This document shows, piece by piece, positions 24,455 through 36,292 of a DNA stretch of 64,000 nucleotides. The position numbers and the translations under genes were made by a program. Source of the stretch: Selaginella moellendorffii (Eukaryota > Plantae > Lycopodiophyta); NCBI RefSeq assembly GCF_000143415.4, contig NW_003314268.1:1844672-1908671 (forward strand), written 5' to 3'. Under the pieces are notes generated by a model. That model was given only the letters and a program-made list of their open reading frames with translations. It did not search any database and was not told where the DNA came from. Position 1 is the first letter of the stretch. Each line of letters begins with the position of its first letter.

Positions 24455-27400
24455 TCCAGTTTGAGCAGTTTGTGGTGGTTTAGTAGAGGAGGCTGAAGTA
24501 TCCTTACTGCCCTCCTCACATCACCAGAACAAAGGTATTGATTTATGTTATTCATAACTCTTTAGTATGATCTTTATTCTAAAATTATTTCTTGTGTTAG
24601 GAGTGTAAGAAGTTCTGTGTGGTTCTCCTCCCCGAAAGACAATACTTTGTTGCCAGAGAATTTCAAACTATTGGAAGTTCCATTGTTTGTTTGGCAGTTC
24701 CATTCTTTCTTTTTATTTTTTCTTATTTTCCTCTATTAACTTACTATGAGTGGCTCTTTATTGTTTCAAATGTTTTGTCGTTGATATGTAGATACACTCT
24801 CTCAGGTGTATAAAAGTGAAAGAGAAAGAGAGAAAAACAAACCTGCCAATGTACACTTATCAAAAGATCAATAGAATAGCCTCAATATGTACCAAGAAGA
24901 GTTGAGTATCAATGAACATTTGATAATTACCACCAGGAGAAAAAGCTTATAGTTTTCTTTTAATTTTCGTAAGTTGTGACTCTTTGTGCTCATTTTTAGA
25001 TTGAAATTTTGTGACTATGTGAGTGCCTACAACTGCACATAGCAATTCTAAATAGCTTCTACGAGTCTTCAAAAAAACCGTCTGCTTCATGTGCCTGCAA
25101 TGTAAAAAAAAAACTCTCATCTAGTCTGTTGCTCTCTCCCCAATGTTCACTGAGAAATGTGTACTCTTTCTTTTCCTTTCATGATCACTTGAATCCTTAT
25201 AGTTTAGTTTATAGAGCTTTTTGATACTGCTGGGTTTTCACTTAGCAATCTTCTGTGAAGAAAAAAGTGCTGAAGTACCTTCAATCATACATGAATGTGC
25301 ATGATGACTGTGATTTCGTGTCTCAAATTGGTCATGAGAAAAAAAAATCAGTGCAGGAGAGAAATGATTAAAATGAAATGTAGAATAAGGTAAAGCAGTA
25401 GAATGCATAGATTGCAATCAAAGCTGCAAGTTTTAGAAACAAACTATAGAATAAACATGCTAAGACTGGAGTAAAAGGCTGTCTCTGGTGACCAAAAACC
25501 AAAGCCTCAATAATCCAGAGGAGAAAATGGATAAAGTGAAAGGCCATGATGAACAAGAGCATTGGCAACATAAGTGGTCATTTCGGGCATGTAATCAAAC
25601 ACTTGCCTGGCTCTCCTCACAGAAAGCAATAAAACAGAAACAGATTGAACAATGCCAACGCCAAAGCCAATGCCATTCTCTGCTTCTCCTAGCGTAGCTG
25701 GGATCCTTGCAATTCTTTCTATGGAGTAAATGACATCCGAAATGACTCCTTTTATAAGAACCTACAGAGTTCTAAGATTTAGTATTTAAAAAACTCTGAT
25801 ACCTCAGACTTAACAGCCCTTACCACCGAGTTGAAACTTGAAGTCCCTCTAATCAACAGCTTATTCCCGTTTAGAAAGTTTTGTTAGAAAAAAAACAGTG
25901 TTTTTGTTTATACAAAACCATTGTTTACAGTGTTTAGTGTTTGGTCTTTGAGAAGCTGTTGTTGGTCCCACAACTAAAGCAAGCATATGCCAATGCATCT
26001 CTGGAACTTGCCTGGGAGCTTGGTTGCGGATCCACTCCACTAGGAACTCCTTGTCCTTTGCAATCAAACCAGCAGATGCAACTGTGTAGCATGCAGCGAT
26101 CTAACAAGTTGTTTCTTTTTTTTTTTTTTTTCCTATTTCAGTGTTCATTGAGAAGCATATAGCAAGCTCCAACTTCCAGGAATCCACCGAATCCTGTCTG
26201 CCATTACTGCTCCTCATTCCTATGCTTGTAGCTCTCCTTCCCATAAGGGCCGTCTTTGGTGCCACGGCCTTTACCGGTCCACACAAAAGTCTTTTAGCAG
26301 TTTCTTAACATCAAATGCTTTATGGCATGCAAGAAGTTCCTCTGTGAAAAGAACCCCCAGACTGCCTTTGGTGTGTTCCAACTGAACTCAATATCCATAT
26401 TGAGCAGAATAAAGCCACTTGGGTCCTCAATAAACTTCCACCACCTCTCTTCAATTTCTTCTTGCCACTTTACAGAAAGTCACTGAAAAAATCTAAGATT
26501 CTGTAGAACTTCATTGGTTAAAACTCGGACAAGAAATCTAGAAGAAAAAGCCAACTTTTGAATGCTTTTTTTTTTTTATCCTGGTCCTTTGATCTAAAAC
26601 CAAGTGGGTTATGTTAGAACACCTGAAACCTCCCTTGACATCAAGCTTTCAAGTAGATGTTGTAACTTTTGATTATGGATTTTTTTATGCTCCATCTCCA
26701 AGATGATGAATTTAGAATCTTGGAACTTTCTAAGTGGGCATTTGCTTTCATTTCAAGTACAAGACTTGCAAAATAAATGAAGCTAGCTTTTATTAATTAC
26801 AAAACCTTGCTTTCTAGAGTTCACAGCTATAACTTTCAACAGATTGTTTTAAAATGCTTACTCTTGATGCTAAAATGCTTGAAAATTTAATGTGCCCAAA
26901 ATATTTTGTCCTTCTCCCAGTAGAGCTGGGATCCTAGCTAGTTATCCCTATTACATTTGGAATCCCTCATAGCCCCCCCACTTGAGAAATACATACTTTG
27001 GGCTTTCACCCTTAGCATTCAGGAGTTAGTCTCTAGGACATGCATGAAAATTTACTAAATATAGAATAGTGTTAGATCACAAATCAAGGAGTAGAAACAA
27101 CACCATAAGGTTCAAGATACTCTCTACATTCTATAGATATGCCTCTTGGGTGGATCTAGGCACTTACAATAAATAGCATATAGATCCAAAATGGAACTAA
27201 CACATGAGGCATGATAACAAGTGTGTTTAATAGACACAATAAGCTATTATGTAATGATATTGAGGGACTAGACTTAGTATCATGGGAGTTCTTGCCAAGC
27301 CAGTGCAAGACAGAGCAAAAAAAAAACCAATAAGATGGGCTAAGCATGCTTGGCTAAATAGACTCTTAAAAATTCCTTCCTTATGCTCATTCAGCCAAAT

Positions 27401-27719
27401 ATAGATACTAAGTCCAGTTTACTAACACTTGGACAAAAGGGGCTGATAAAAGGAATTAGTAGTATCGATTTCTTGCCATCATGGCAGTAAGGAGAGAGTG
27501 TCTGTTTAGCAGTATTGATTTCTTGCCGTCATGGTAGTAAAGAGAGAGTATCTGTAAGTACTTGTCAACTAAAAGATACTTACAAACACTCTCTGATAGA
27601 AAGATACTTGTCGACCAATCTCTCTTACCAGAGAGACTAGTAAGGACTGGTTGACAAGTATTGTTGACTAGTAAGGATTGGTCGACAAGTATCTTTCAAT
27701 TCCCAAAGTCATATTCACG

Positions 27720-29925
27720 AAACTCTCCGCCCCTTGAGGAAGATCGACGTCCTCATTGATACATACCTGAATCTAGCAAATCGTCAAGGAAACAACTCCA
27801 AAAGTTAATAGAAAGCACACTATATGGGAAAGCACACCGACTTAACAACATTAAGACTCAGACACCCTTCGGCTGTCACTGATAAAGAAATGACTAATAG
27901 AGTTAGCCATCCATGCTACTTCAAGTAGCACTCAACTTACAAAAGAATGATACATCCTTGCCTATAGGGACATAAAGAGGGAGCTAGAGGCCTAACTCCC
28001 CTAAGCAAGAATCAACCCCGTTGAGAAGATTTAGATAATTATTATAAATTGGTAGATGAAATTGTTTACACAACCATGCCCCTTTTCAAAAATGAGTCAA
28101 TAAGAGAGAGGTGGGGCCTTGTGATCAATCTATAATAGTTATCCCCATGGTTATGGATTAAACCTGTGCACCAAAGTGTTAAAGTCAACTTGCCAAAACT
28201 GACCCAAGAGCTAATGAATGACAAAAACAAAACTTTGGATTTTATAGAGATATATTACTTTATTGTGTTGCAAGAGTTTTTACAAGATTTACAAATAACT
28301 ACTTTTTATTATGATTCTCATATTCCATGACAAGCTCACAGACATGTGTAAGGTGACTAAAAGGTTCCCAAGTAGATTCACACATTAGGTAACCCTTCCA
28401 CTTAACAAGATACTTTTGACATTTAGAAGGTTTAACCCAGTGTGTACCTAAAATAGCTTCCACTTCGTACTTAGTTTCACCATCAACAACATCTAGAGCT
28501 GGGCAAACATCCTTAGAGCGGCCAAAATCCTCATGATATGGGGCCAGTAAACTGACATGAAACACATTATAAAGTTGGATATCTCTTGTGGAATATCTAA
28601 CTAATCGAATACATCACCAATTTGCTTTAATACTCGATAGAGCCCAACATATTTTGGTAATAGCTTCTGAGACAAAGATCCTTGACATTCAAGTTTCAGA
28701 AAGATAGCCACACTTGATCTTTTATTTGATAGCATACATCCTAATAATGTTAATCCTTATCACGTTGATACTTATTTGGCGCTTTGCCCATCACCTCAGT
28801 AGCTCTAGACCAACCTTGGCGTAGCTGCTCCACATAAATCTCAACGGTCAGGACAAACACTTCGGACATTGGTTTCGGTATAACAATCTGTTAAAGAACC
28901 CCACAAGCATTCCCTTGCTGCATCTCCTATGGAGAACAGCCAATAGTGCTATGAAATGTGTTATTTTAATAGATTTCTACTATGTCTAAATGCTCAACCA
29001 AGTGGCATTGGTTTGCCACGACATAGTACTGCAGATAATCCTCAACTTTAGCATTCACACATTCAATCTGCCCATTAGTTTGAGGATGATAAATTGTACT
29101 AAACTTCAACTTAGTACTAAATAACTAGAATAATATGCCCCAAAACTTCCCTATAAATCTTGAATCTCTATCCAAGATCATCTCTTCAAAAAGACCACAA
29201 ACCTAGATTACTTCATGGAAAAAGAGCTTTACTGCTTGCTTTGCATTCACTATTTCCATAGTTGGATTGAAGTGTGCTATCTTCGACAATCGATCAACAA
29301 CCACCATCAAAGTATCATAACCCTTAGACTTTGGCAAGCAAGTGACAAAATCAAGTGTCACACTGTGAAATGGCCATGCCACTGCTGGAACACACTGCAA
29401 CTTTCTAGTCTATTTCTCAGTTCTTTGCTTACATTGCTAACATATAGGGCAAGAATAGATATAATCTACTATAATACTTCCATACCAAACCAGAAAAATC
29501 CTTTTTACAATAAAGCAAGAGTCTTTCATTTACCACTAGGTCCCACTACTGAAACATCATGATGTTCTCGCAGAAATAACTGTTGCATATCCTTGGATGG
29601 AAGATACACTCTTTTTTGCTTATAAAAAATAAGCCCATCTCAAACTAAAAAGTGAAGTTTCACATTAGCACGACTAGCAACTGTCACTTCTTTGTTATCA
29701 GAGTTCTACTTCACCAACTCCACATGGTGCAAGATTACCTTTGCCAACAAATCACTTCTATATAAAACCCAAATGTCCTCCAACCAATCTAAATTGATTG
29801 TTGATATTGCCCAGAACTGAGCTCAATGACTCAACACATCTAGAACAATATTGTCTTTACCAGGTTTATAGATGATTTCAATATCAAATCTAGCGAACTT
29901 CTCTTGCCAACAATTCTTTCCTTAC
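27720..29925 (-). mobile_element. Degenerate chromovirus (Gypsy) 3' part: RNase H end, integrase, chromodomain, PPT-like tract
   Basis: ORF 28299-28565 has FHVSLL...YEVEAILG...YLVKWKGY...STWEP (chromodomain). ORF 29203-29400 has TLDFVTCLP...VVVDRLSK. AAGGGCGGAGAG on the minus strand at ~27723-27734. Confidence 0.85.
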
Positions 29926-30849
29926 TGTTACAACGGCAGGAGGTTGGTATTGCTAAACCTTTTATTAGTCTCTGTCTAAGCTAATTAAAAAACTAGTCAT
30001 CATATGTGCACTTAGACTGGAAGGGCACTAAAGAAGGAAATCCTAAATTGTTATTTAGTCAAACATACTTGACACAGTGACGAGAAACTTATGTTGTTGG
30101 CTTGCACTTACTAGTGTTGGGAACCCCCGCAATATTGACCTTGGTCCCTTAATATTTGCTAGATGATAGCTAACTGTGTTTACCAAACACCCTCTTAATC
30201 ATGCACCCTCTCATTCAATCCCAATTGCTATTTATGGAAAGTGTCTAAATTTGCTAAGCCCAAAGCGTGTGTTCCTCATAGAGGAGGGGGCTATGAGGGG
30301 TTCCAAATGTATAGTAGGGATAGTGGGTACGTCAAGCATAGCCGACTAATCTGACTAACCTGAGGCATAGTCTAGCTCTCACTTGCGTGCTTGTCCTTGT
30401 TCTGTGTCTGGCTTGAGTCTAAGCCCAAGTTGCATACCATGTTAGTTGGTGAAGTACCCATGTCCTTGCATTAGGCCACTGGTATGCTGAAAAAGTGCCA
30501 AACTCCATTTGGCTCTGTTTTGTGTTTGGTCCTAGTATTGGGATATTAAATGCTTTAAGATTGTTCTAAATTGCTTTGTGCTCCTATCCCTTCACTCCTT
30601 GGGCTGTATGTTTGAGTCATTTCGTGCTCCAATGCCTTTGCTCATTGGTTCTATGTTTAGGAGTTTGGCTTTGTTCTTTTGTTCTGTGGCCTAATGCCCT
30701 GAAACTTAGATTCCACACCATTGTCCTTTGGACATATGGCATGTAGTATGTGGCACATTGAGGGTTTAGGTTCCACTTTGTGGTTCTCTTATGGTAAATC
30801 ACCATAGGATAAAGGGTAAAAACCACGTGTGATACATTTGGTATTAGAG
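29926..30849 (+). repeat. 5' LTR of family L3 (29926-30836) with PBS
   Basis: TGTTACAAC...GTGATACA followed by TGGTATTAGAG (30839-30849). Homologues at 7250, 15200 and 26942. Confidence 0.82.
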
Positions 30850-31089
30850 AATACATTTCAATGAGTGCTATCCAATAAGATTCAGCAACTAATCTCATTG
30901 CATATGTAGAGATAAAAATGATGATTTGAATAGGTACACATTTGGGTCCTAAGACTTTGCAATCGTTCCTGGGGTATAGATTTGGCTACCTTTCTATCCC
31001 ATATTATGTGAGCTTGCTCTTGGGCTCATAAGATGGAATGAGATGTTCCGTTTGCACAAGTTTGTGCTTGGGCTTATAAGTGAGGCACA

Positions 31090-32703
31090 TGTGAGACACA
31101 AATCCCTAAGCCCCAAAGTAGAGCCAAAAGGGTGCCACGTGGTAGTAGTTGAAGCTAAAGCCAAACGAGCGTAAGACATTTGGACTAAAAGCTCTGACTT
31201 GAAAAGTCGAGAATGGGAGTGGAACTCCCAACGAAGTGCTTGAAGAACAAGCACGAACCGAGCAATAAGTGAGTCTCTAGAAAAGGGATACAAAAGGACC
31301 AACACATGACATGTGGAAGTGTCCGAGATGGAGTCTAAAATGGACTTGAGATGGAGTCTGAAATGGGGTTTGAGATGGACCCGAAATGGAGTCCGAGATG
31401 GACCTGAGATGGAGTCTAAGATGGACCCGAGATGGAGTTCGAGATGGAGTTCGAGATGAACCCAAGATGGAGTCTGAGATGGACCCGAGATGGAGTCCGA
31501 AATGGAGTCTGAGATGGACCTGAAATGGAGTCCAAGATGGACTTGAGATGGAGTCTAAGATGGACCCGAAATGGAGTCCAAGATGGAAACGAGACCGAGA
31601 CTGAGACCGAGACCGAGTCCGAGTCTGAGGCCGAGACTGAGACCAAGTTCGAGTCCGAGTCCAAGTTCGAGTCCAAATACTAATAAAGGCTGTTAGGTGA
31701 AAGCCCAAAGCGATCGTCCCCCGGGGGGGGGAGGGGGCTGTGGGGGCCTCCAAAAGTATAGTAGGGAGAGTGTGGGGGTTGGAACCTCGTGGAGCTAGTT
31801 TGGCCAAGAAAGGCTAGTTTGGCCTAGGAAGGCCATACCCAATTGTTGGGTGATGGGATGACCACTGGGAAGTCCAAGGCTAGAGTGAATACGGGCTAAC
31901 AAGCGGGATAGCTTGGTGAACTGTTCAAGAGCCGACTCTAGTTCCCCTGGGAGATCGAATGGTCGATGCTCCCAATCCAAGTGTGGGTGGCACTACTTAC
32001 TTGGATACCTAGCATGGCTCAACAGAACCTCGCTCTAAGCCCATGGCTAGAGCACCCAAAGGCAGAAGGCAGGGAGAGTACCCACGAGACTCCTGTAGAG
32101 CCACGGTGTTCCAAATTGTTGTCCCAAAGTCCCAAACTATGGAAAGGAAGAAAAACAATCCTCTGATGTAATAACCAAGGATACGGTCATGTAGTGAGGA
32201 AGTCCCAGAGGACCGTGGGACTTAGTGGTTGGGCCTGAGGGCCTTGATCCAATGGCAGTGTTGGTGAACACGGCCATGGAAAGAAAGTTACTTAGTGGGG
32301 ACTGGAAAAACGATATTGAGGAAGGCTATCCCCCATGTCTGTAGGCATCCTAAGGATGCTAAGGAGCAGATCTGGGATGATCACTCATGGATGGATGGCC
32401 CAGTCTTTGAGATACAGGATTGTGATGCAAATGGTGTTAGACCACCGGTATGACCAAGGTGAAGGGGCATAGCTTTAGTGTAACAGGTTGATATCTCAGT
32501 GGTACCTTGGGGTGTCGATCATGGGATTGGACACATGGAGCACTTGGACCAAGTGCAAAGGTTAAGTGGCATAGATGCTATTCTCAGGGATAGCAAGCCC
32601 CAAATCTGGAATAAGACTTATGGAAGTTGTGAGTGAGACTCCTCCAAGTTTTCGGAGGTGTAGTTAAGTGACTAAAGTAGAATGGAAAATTTAGTCTCTT
32701 ACA
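31090..32703. mobile_element. Solo LTR of family L2, TSD GCACA
   Basis: TGTGAGACAC...CTCTTACA flanked by GCACA at 31085-31089 and 32704-32708. Confidence 0.93.
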
Positions 32704-33020
32704 GCACATTAGCAACTCAAGGTTACACTTTGAGTTGGCAGGATTAATATTAACCTATCGGTGGTTCCATGAGTTGTTCCATGTACTATTGGTAAAAGTA
32801 AACCTCCCCTAGATTTGCTATGAGTGGCAAATGAGCCCAGGTAGGTTTTGAGCTCATGAGCTCACAAATTGAGCTCATGACTTCTCAAACACAAGGAAAA
32901 CATTGGTTCGTCCTGAACTAACATCTTTTCATTTTTCAAATTTTGATTTAATCTATATTTCTAAGTAAATTCGACCAATAATATACAAATATAAATATAG
33001 ATTTGAACACTAAAAGCAAT

Positions 33021-33299
33021 CTAGAAACACTTCTCAAGCTCTATAATTGTAAGGCTTGCCTTATGGATATGGTGGTCGACCTTAAAATTTTGGTTTAGTT
33101 CCTGCATAAAAATGTAGATGTGCTTGTAAGCTAAATATACCTTTCCCCTGTACTCCCTCTGTGTAAAATTTAGACAGGTACAGGATGGACTTTCGCAAAT
33201 TCTGATAATGTAGCTCATACCCTTTGACAACTTTGTCGCAACAACAAAATCCTTACCCACGACACTGATGTAATTTATCCTTGTGATTGTGCACTTCAA
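33021..33299 (-). pseudogene. SWIM zinc-finger fragment, probably a DNA-transposon remnant
   Basis: YIIRICESPSCTCLNF...YKHIYIF matches YxVxIxxxPSCxCxDF...CKHI with the third Cys lost. Confidence 0.65.
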
Positions 33300-33585
33300 T
33301 GCCTTTGCTAGCTTGATCTTCTTTTGTGCACCTTTTGAAATGGAAGACCTATATTGTATAGCCTTCCCATTTCTAGCTGGTCATGTATGTCGGTTTATTG
33401 TTGACATTGGTGGCATAGCAGTATCAATAGCAATATTTGAGGAAGTCTTCAACTTGAAACCAACTCTCTCCAGACTTTCAATCTCTTCTTTCAAAAGATT
33501 GCAGCTTCACTCAACTAGCCACTCCTTTAGCACAAAATTTGGCTTTGAAATAATTGAGCTGTGGATCCTATTTGTATGAGTAATA

Positions 33586-34755
33586 TGTGAGACACAAAAT
33601 TCCTAGGCTCCAAAGTGGAGCCGAAAGGGTGCCACGTGGTAGTGGCCGAAGCGAAGGCCAAACAAACGTACACGTTTGGACTGAAAACTCTGACTTGAAA
33701 GGTCAAGAGCGGGAGTGGAACTCCCAACAAAATGCTTGAGGAACAAGCACGAAACGAGCAATAAGTGAGGCTCCAAAAAGGAACCCAAAAAGGACCAACA
33801 CATGACACGTGGAAGTGTCCGAGATGGAGTCCGAGATGGACCCGAGTTGAAGTCTGAGATGGAGTCCGAGATGGGCCGAGATGGAGCCCGAGATGAAGTC
33901 CGAGATGGACCGAGACGGAGTCCGAGATGGAGTCCGAGATGAAGTCCGAGATGGACCGAGACGGAGTCCGAGATGGAGTCCGAGATGGAGTCCAAGATGG
34001 AGTCCGAGATGGAGTCTGAGATGGAGTTTGAGATGGACCAAGACGGAGTCCGAGATGGAGTCCAAGAGGGATCCGAGATGGAGTCCGAGATGGACCCAAG
34101 ATGGAGTCCGAGATGGAGTCCAAGATGGACCGAGACGGAGTCTAAGATGGAGTTTGAGATGTACTTGAGATGGAATCCAAGATGGAGTTCGAGAGGGACC
34201 CAAGATGGAGTCCAAGGTCAAGACCGAGACCAGGACCAAGACCGAGCCCGAGCCTGAGTTCGAGTCCGAGTCCGAGTCCGAGTTCGAGTCTTAGAGGGTG
34301 AAAGCCCAAAATGTTCGTCTCCCAGACCCTGGGGGGTTTGGTGAGCTCCAAAAGTATAGTAAGGGGGAGGACTGCAGTGGAGCCAGTTTGGCTAGGAAAG
34401 GCTAGTTTGGCCCAGGAAGGCTGTACTCAGTGTTGGGTGATGAGCTGCCCACTGGGAAGTCCAAGACTAGAGTGAATACGGACCGACAAGCGGGGTAGCT
34501 TGGTGAAGTGTTCAAGAGCCGGCTCTAGTTCCCCCGGGAGATCGAATGGCCGATGCTCCCAATCCAAGTGTGGGTGGCACTACCTACTTGGATACCAAAC
34601 GTGGCTCAACGGAACCTCGCTCTAAGCCCATGGCTAGAGCACCTAAAGGTGGAAAGCGGGAAGAGTACCCATGAGGCTCGCGTAAGGCCACGGTGTTCCG
34701 AAATGTTGTCTCAAAGGTCCAGACTGTGGAAAGGAAGAGGAGTAGTCCTCTGGTA
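33586..34755. repeat. Family L2 LTR truncated at the terminus of element copy A
   Basis: TGTGAGACAC start, long minisatellite, colinear with 31090-~32165 until 34755. Confidence 0.9.
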
Positions 34756-35321
34756 AGCTCTATTTCGTTAAAGTGGGATTTATTCAGTAAAATGGGACTA
34801 GGTACAAATTTTCAAGTATTTGAAAATGACATGAAATTATATGTTTTTTGTCCAAGGGCTAGACATATCTGGGGCATGGTGACTAGCGCAGTGACTTTGT
34901 GTCCAGACTGAGTCCATCTGGTTGTATAATAAATCTCATTGTCAAGGTGAACAAGCCGAATCTGACAGACATATAACTTAATGGTGAGAACATTTAGATA
35001 TTATTCAATGTTATCTTTTTCTAACGAATCTAATTGTGAAGGTGTAGCAAGAGGCATTGCTAGTCTGGAGAAGTCATTTAACTCATTTGACCCTTAGTGT
35101 ATTTTCATGAAACTAAATAACATTCATATTATTAAGGAATTTCTCTAGTACCTTTTTTTTTACGACATAGAGGCTTGCATTTCTTTCAAAGGTGATTTAG
35201 TAAAAGGCCTGAGGGCACATGCCATTCTATTTCTCAGACCGGTATTAAGATATACTAATGCAAAGGGAAAAAGGTATTTGGTGATCAAGTAAATGGCATG
35301 AGGGCACACGCCATTATAAGC

Positions 35322-35579
35322 CTAAGCGCTAGTGGACACCTCCTTTTTGGTACTCTCAGCGGTACTATCATCCTTCTCCAGGTCAATTGTTTTGCTTTGG
35401 ATTGTTGTCTCTGACGTTACTGGGGCGTTTTCGATAGTTGTTAATGTTGCCGTTTGTTCAGAAAAATGATCACCTGGAGTATAGTACGGGGAGTTTGGAA
35501 GACTTATATATTCTACATCTTCACCTATCTCCTTCTCCGTCTCCTTTTCTGCCTCACTTACAGATTTTGTGCTTGCCAT
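35322..35579 (-). CDS. Small acidic Ser/Thr-rich ORF or exon (85 aa), unknown function
   Basis: Open in all three copies (35322, 49748, and 60497-60754 on +). Preceded by acceptor-like ATTTTAG. Confidence 0.4.
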   Translation of the reverse strand: MASTKSVSEAEKETEKEIGEDVEYISLPNSPYYTPGDHFSEQTATLTTIENAPVTSETTIQSKTIDLEKDDSTAESTKKEVSTSA

Positions 35580-36292
35580 GAGAACGCTCTTCACCCTAAA
35601 ATATGGAGTTCATTGTGTTATTAAAGGAAACCAACACACACGCTGCAAGGGAATGATGGTACATAAAGCACGTAAGCCCACAATATGGGTTTATGTGCCA
35701 TTAATATGGGCCACACGCCATATTATTAGATTTATGCACGTGAGATTGGTAAATGCATATGTCACATCATCTTTGTTTTACCTCACACACTATATCAGGC
35801 CTAATGAACCATATCACATGTGCGCACATGCTATATATATGGAGAAGTATTATGCAAGGATAGAAAAATTCAATGCATGATTGTGGAGAGCAATGGCATG
35901 AAGCCACATGCTAAATAACATTTTAGAGAAAGAATTAAAATAGAAACATGCAAACAGTACTGAGTGGACCAAGACTTAGAAGTGCACAATTGAATGAGGT
36001 ATTTCTAATAAATATTTCACTCACCTCATATAGGAATGGCTACCACTCTCAAATGGCGTATCGCCTCATGCCATCACCTTGCAATTTGTTATAACAATCC
36101 GATGAATTCATATTCGGCTTGTTCACCTTGAACTTTAAGTAAGATTTGCTAGAACAACTAAGAATTTATACTTGTTATTTGTATCATCTCACCTAGGAAT
36201 GGCATAAGGCCACATGCCATCACGCCTCCTCTGATTCAGATTCGGATTGTTCACCTTGAAATAAAATACATTAGAAACTTAGTAAAGGAATA

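Larger units (their letters stand above)
15512..26941 (+). mobile_element. Non-autonomous Helitron (~11.4 kb including a 100-N gap) with captured gene fragments
   Basis: 5' A|TCATACTCATATATTTAAAC. 3' hairpin TCCCAG-TAGAG-CTGGGA (26915-26931) then CTAG|T. No TSD. Flanks rejoin into one L3 LTR at an A|T dinucleotide. Confidence 0.85.
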
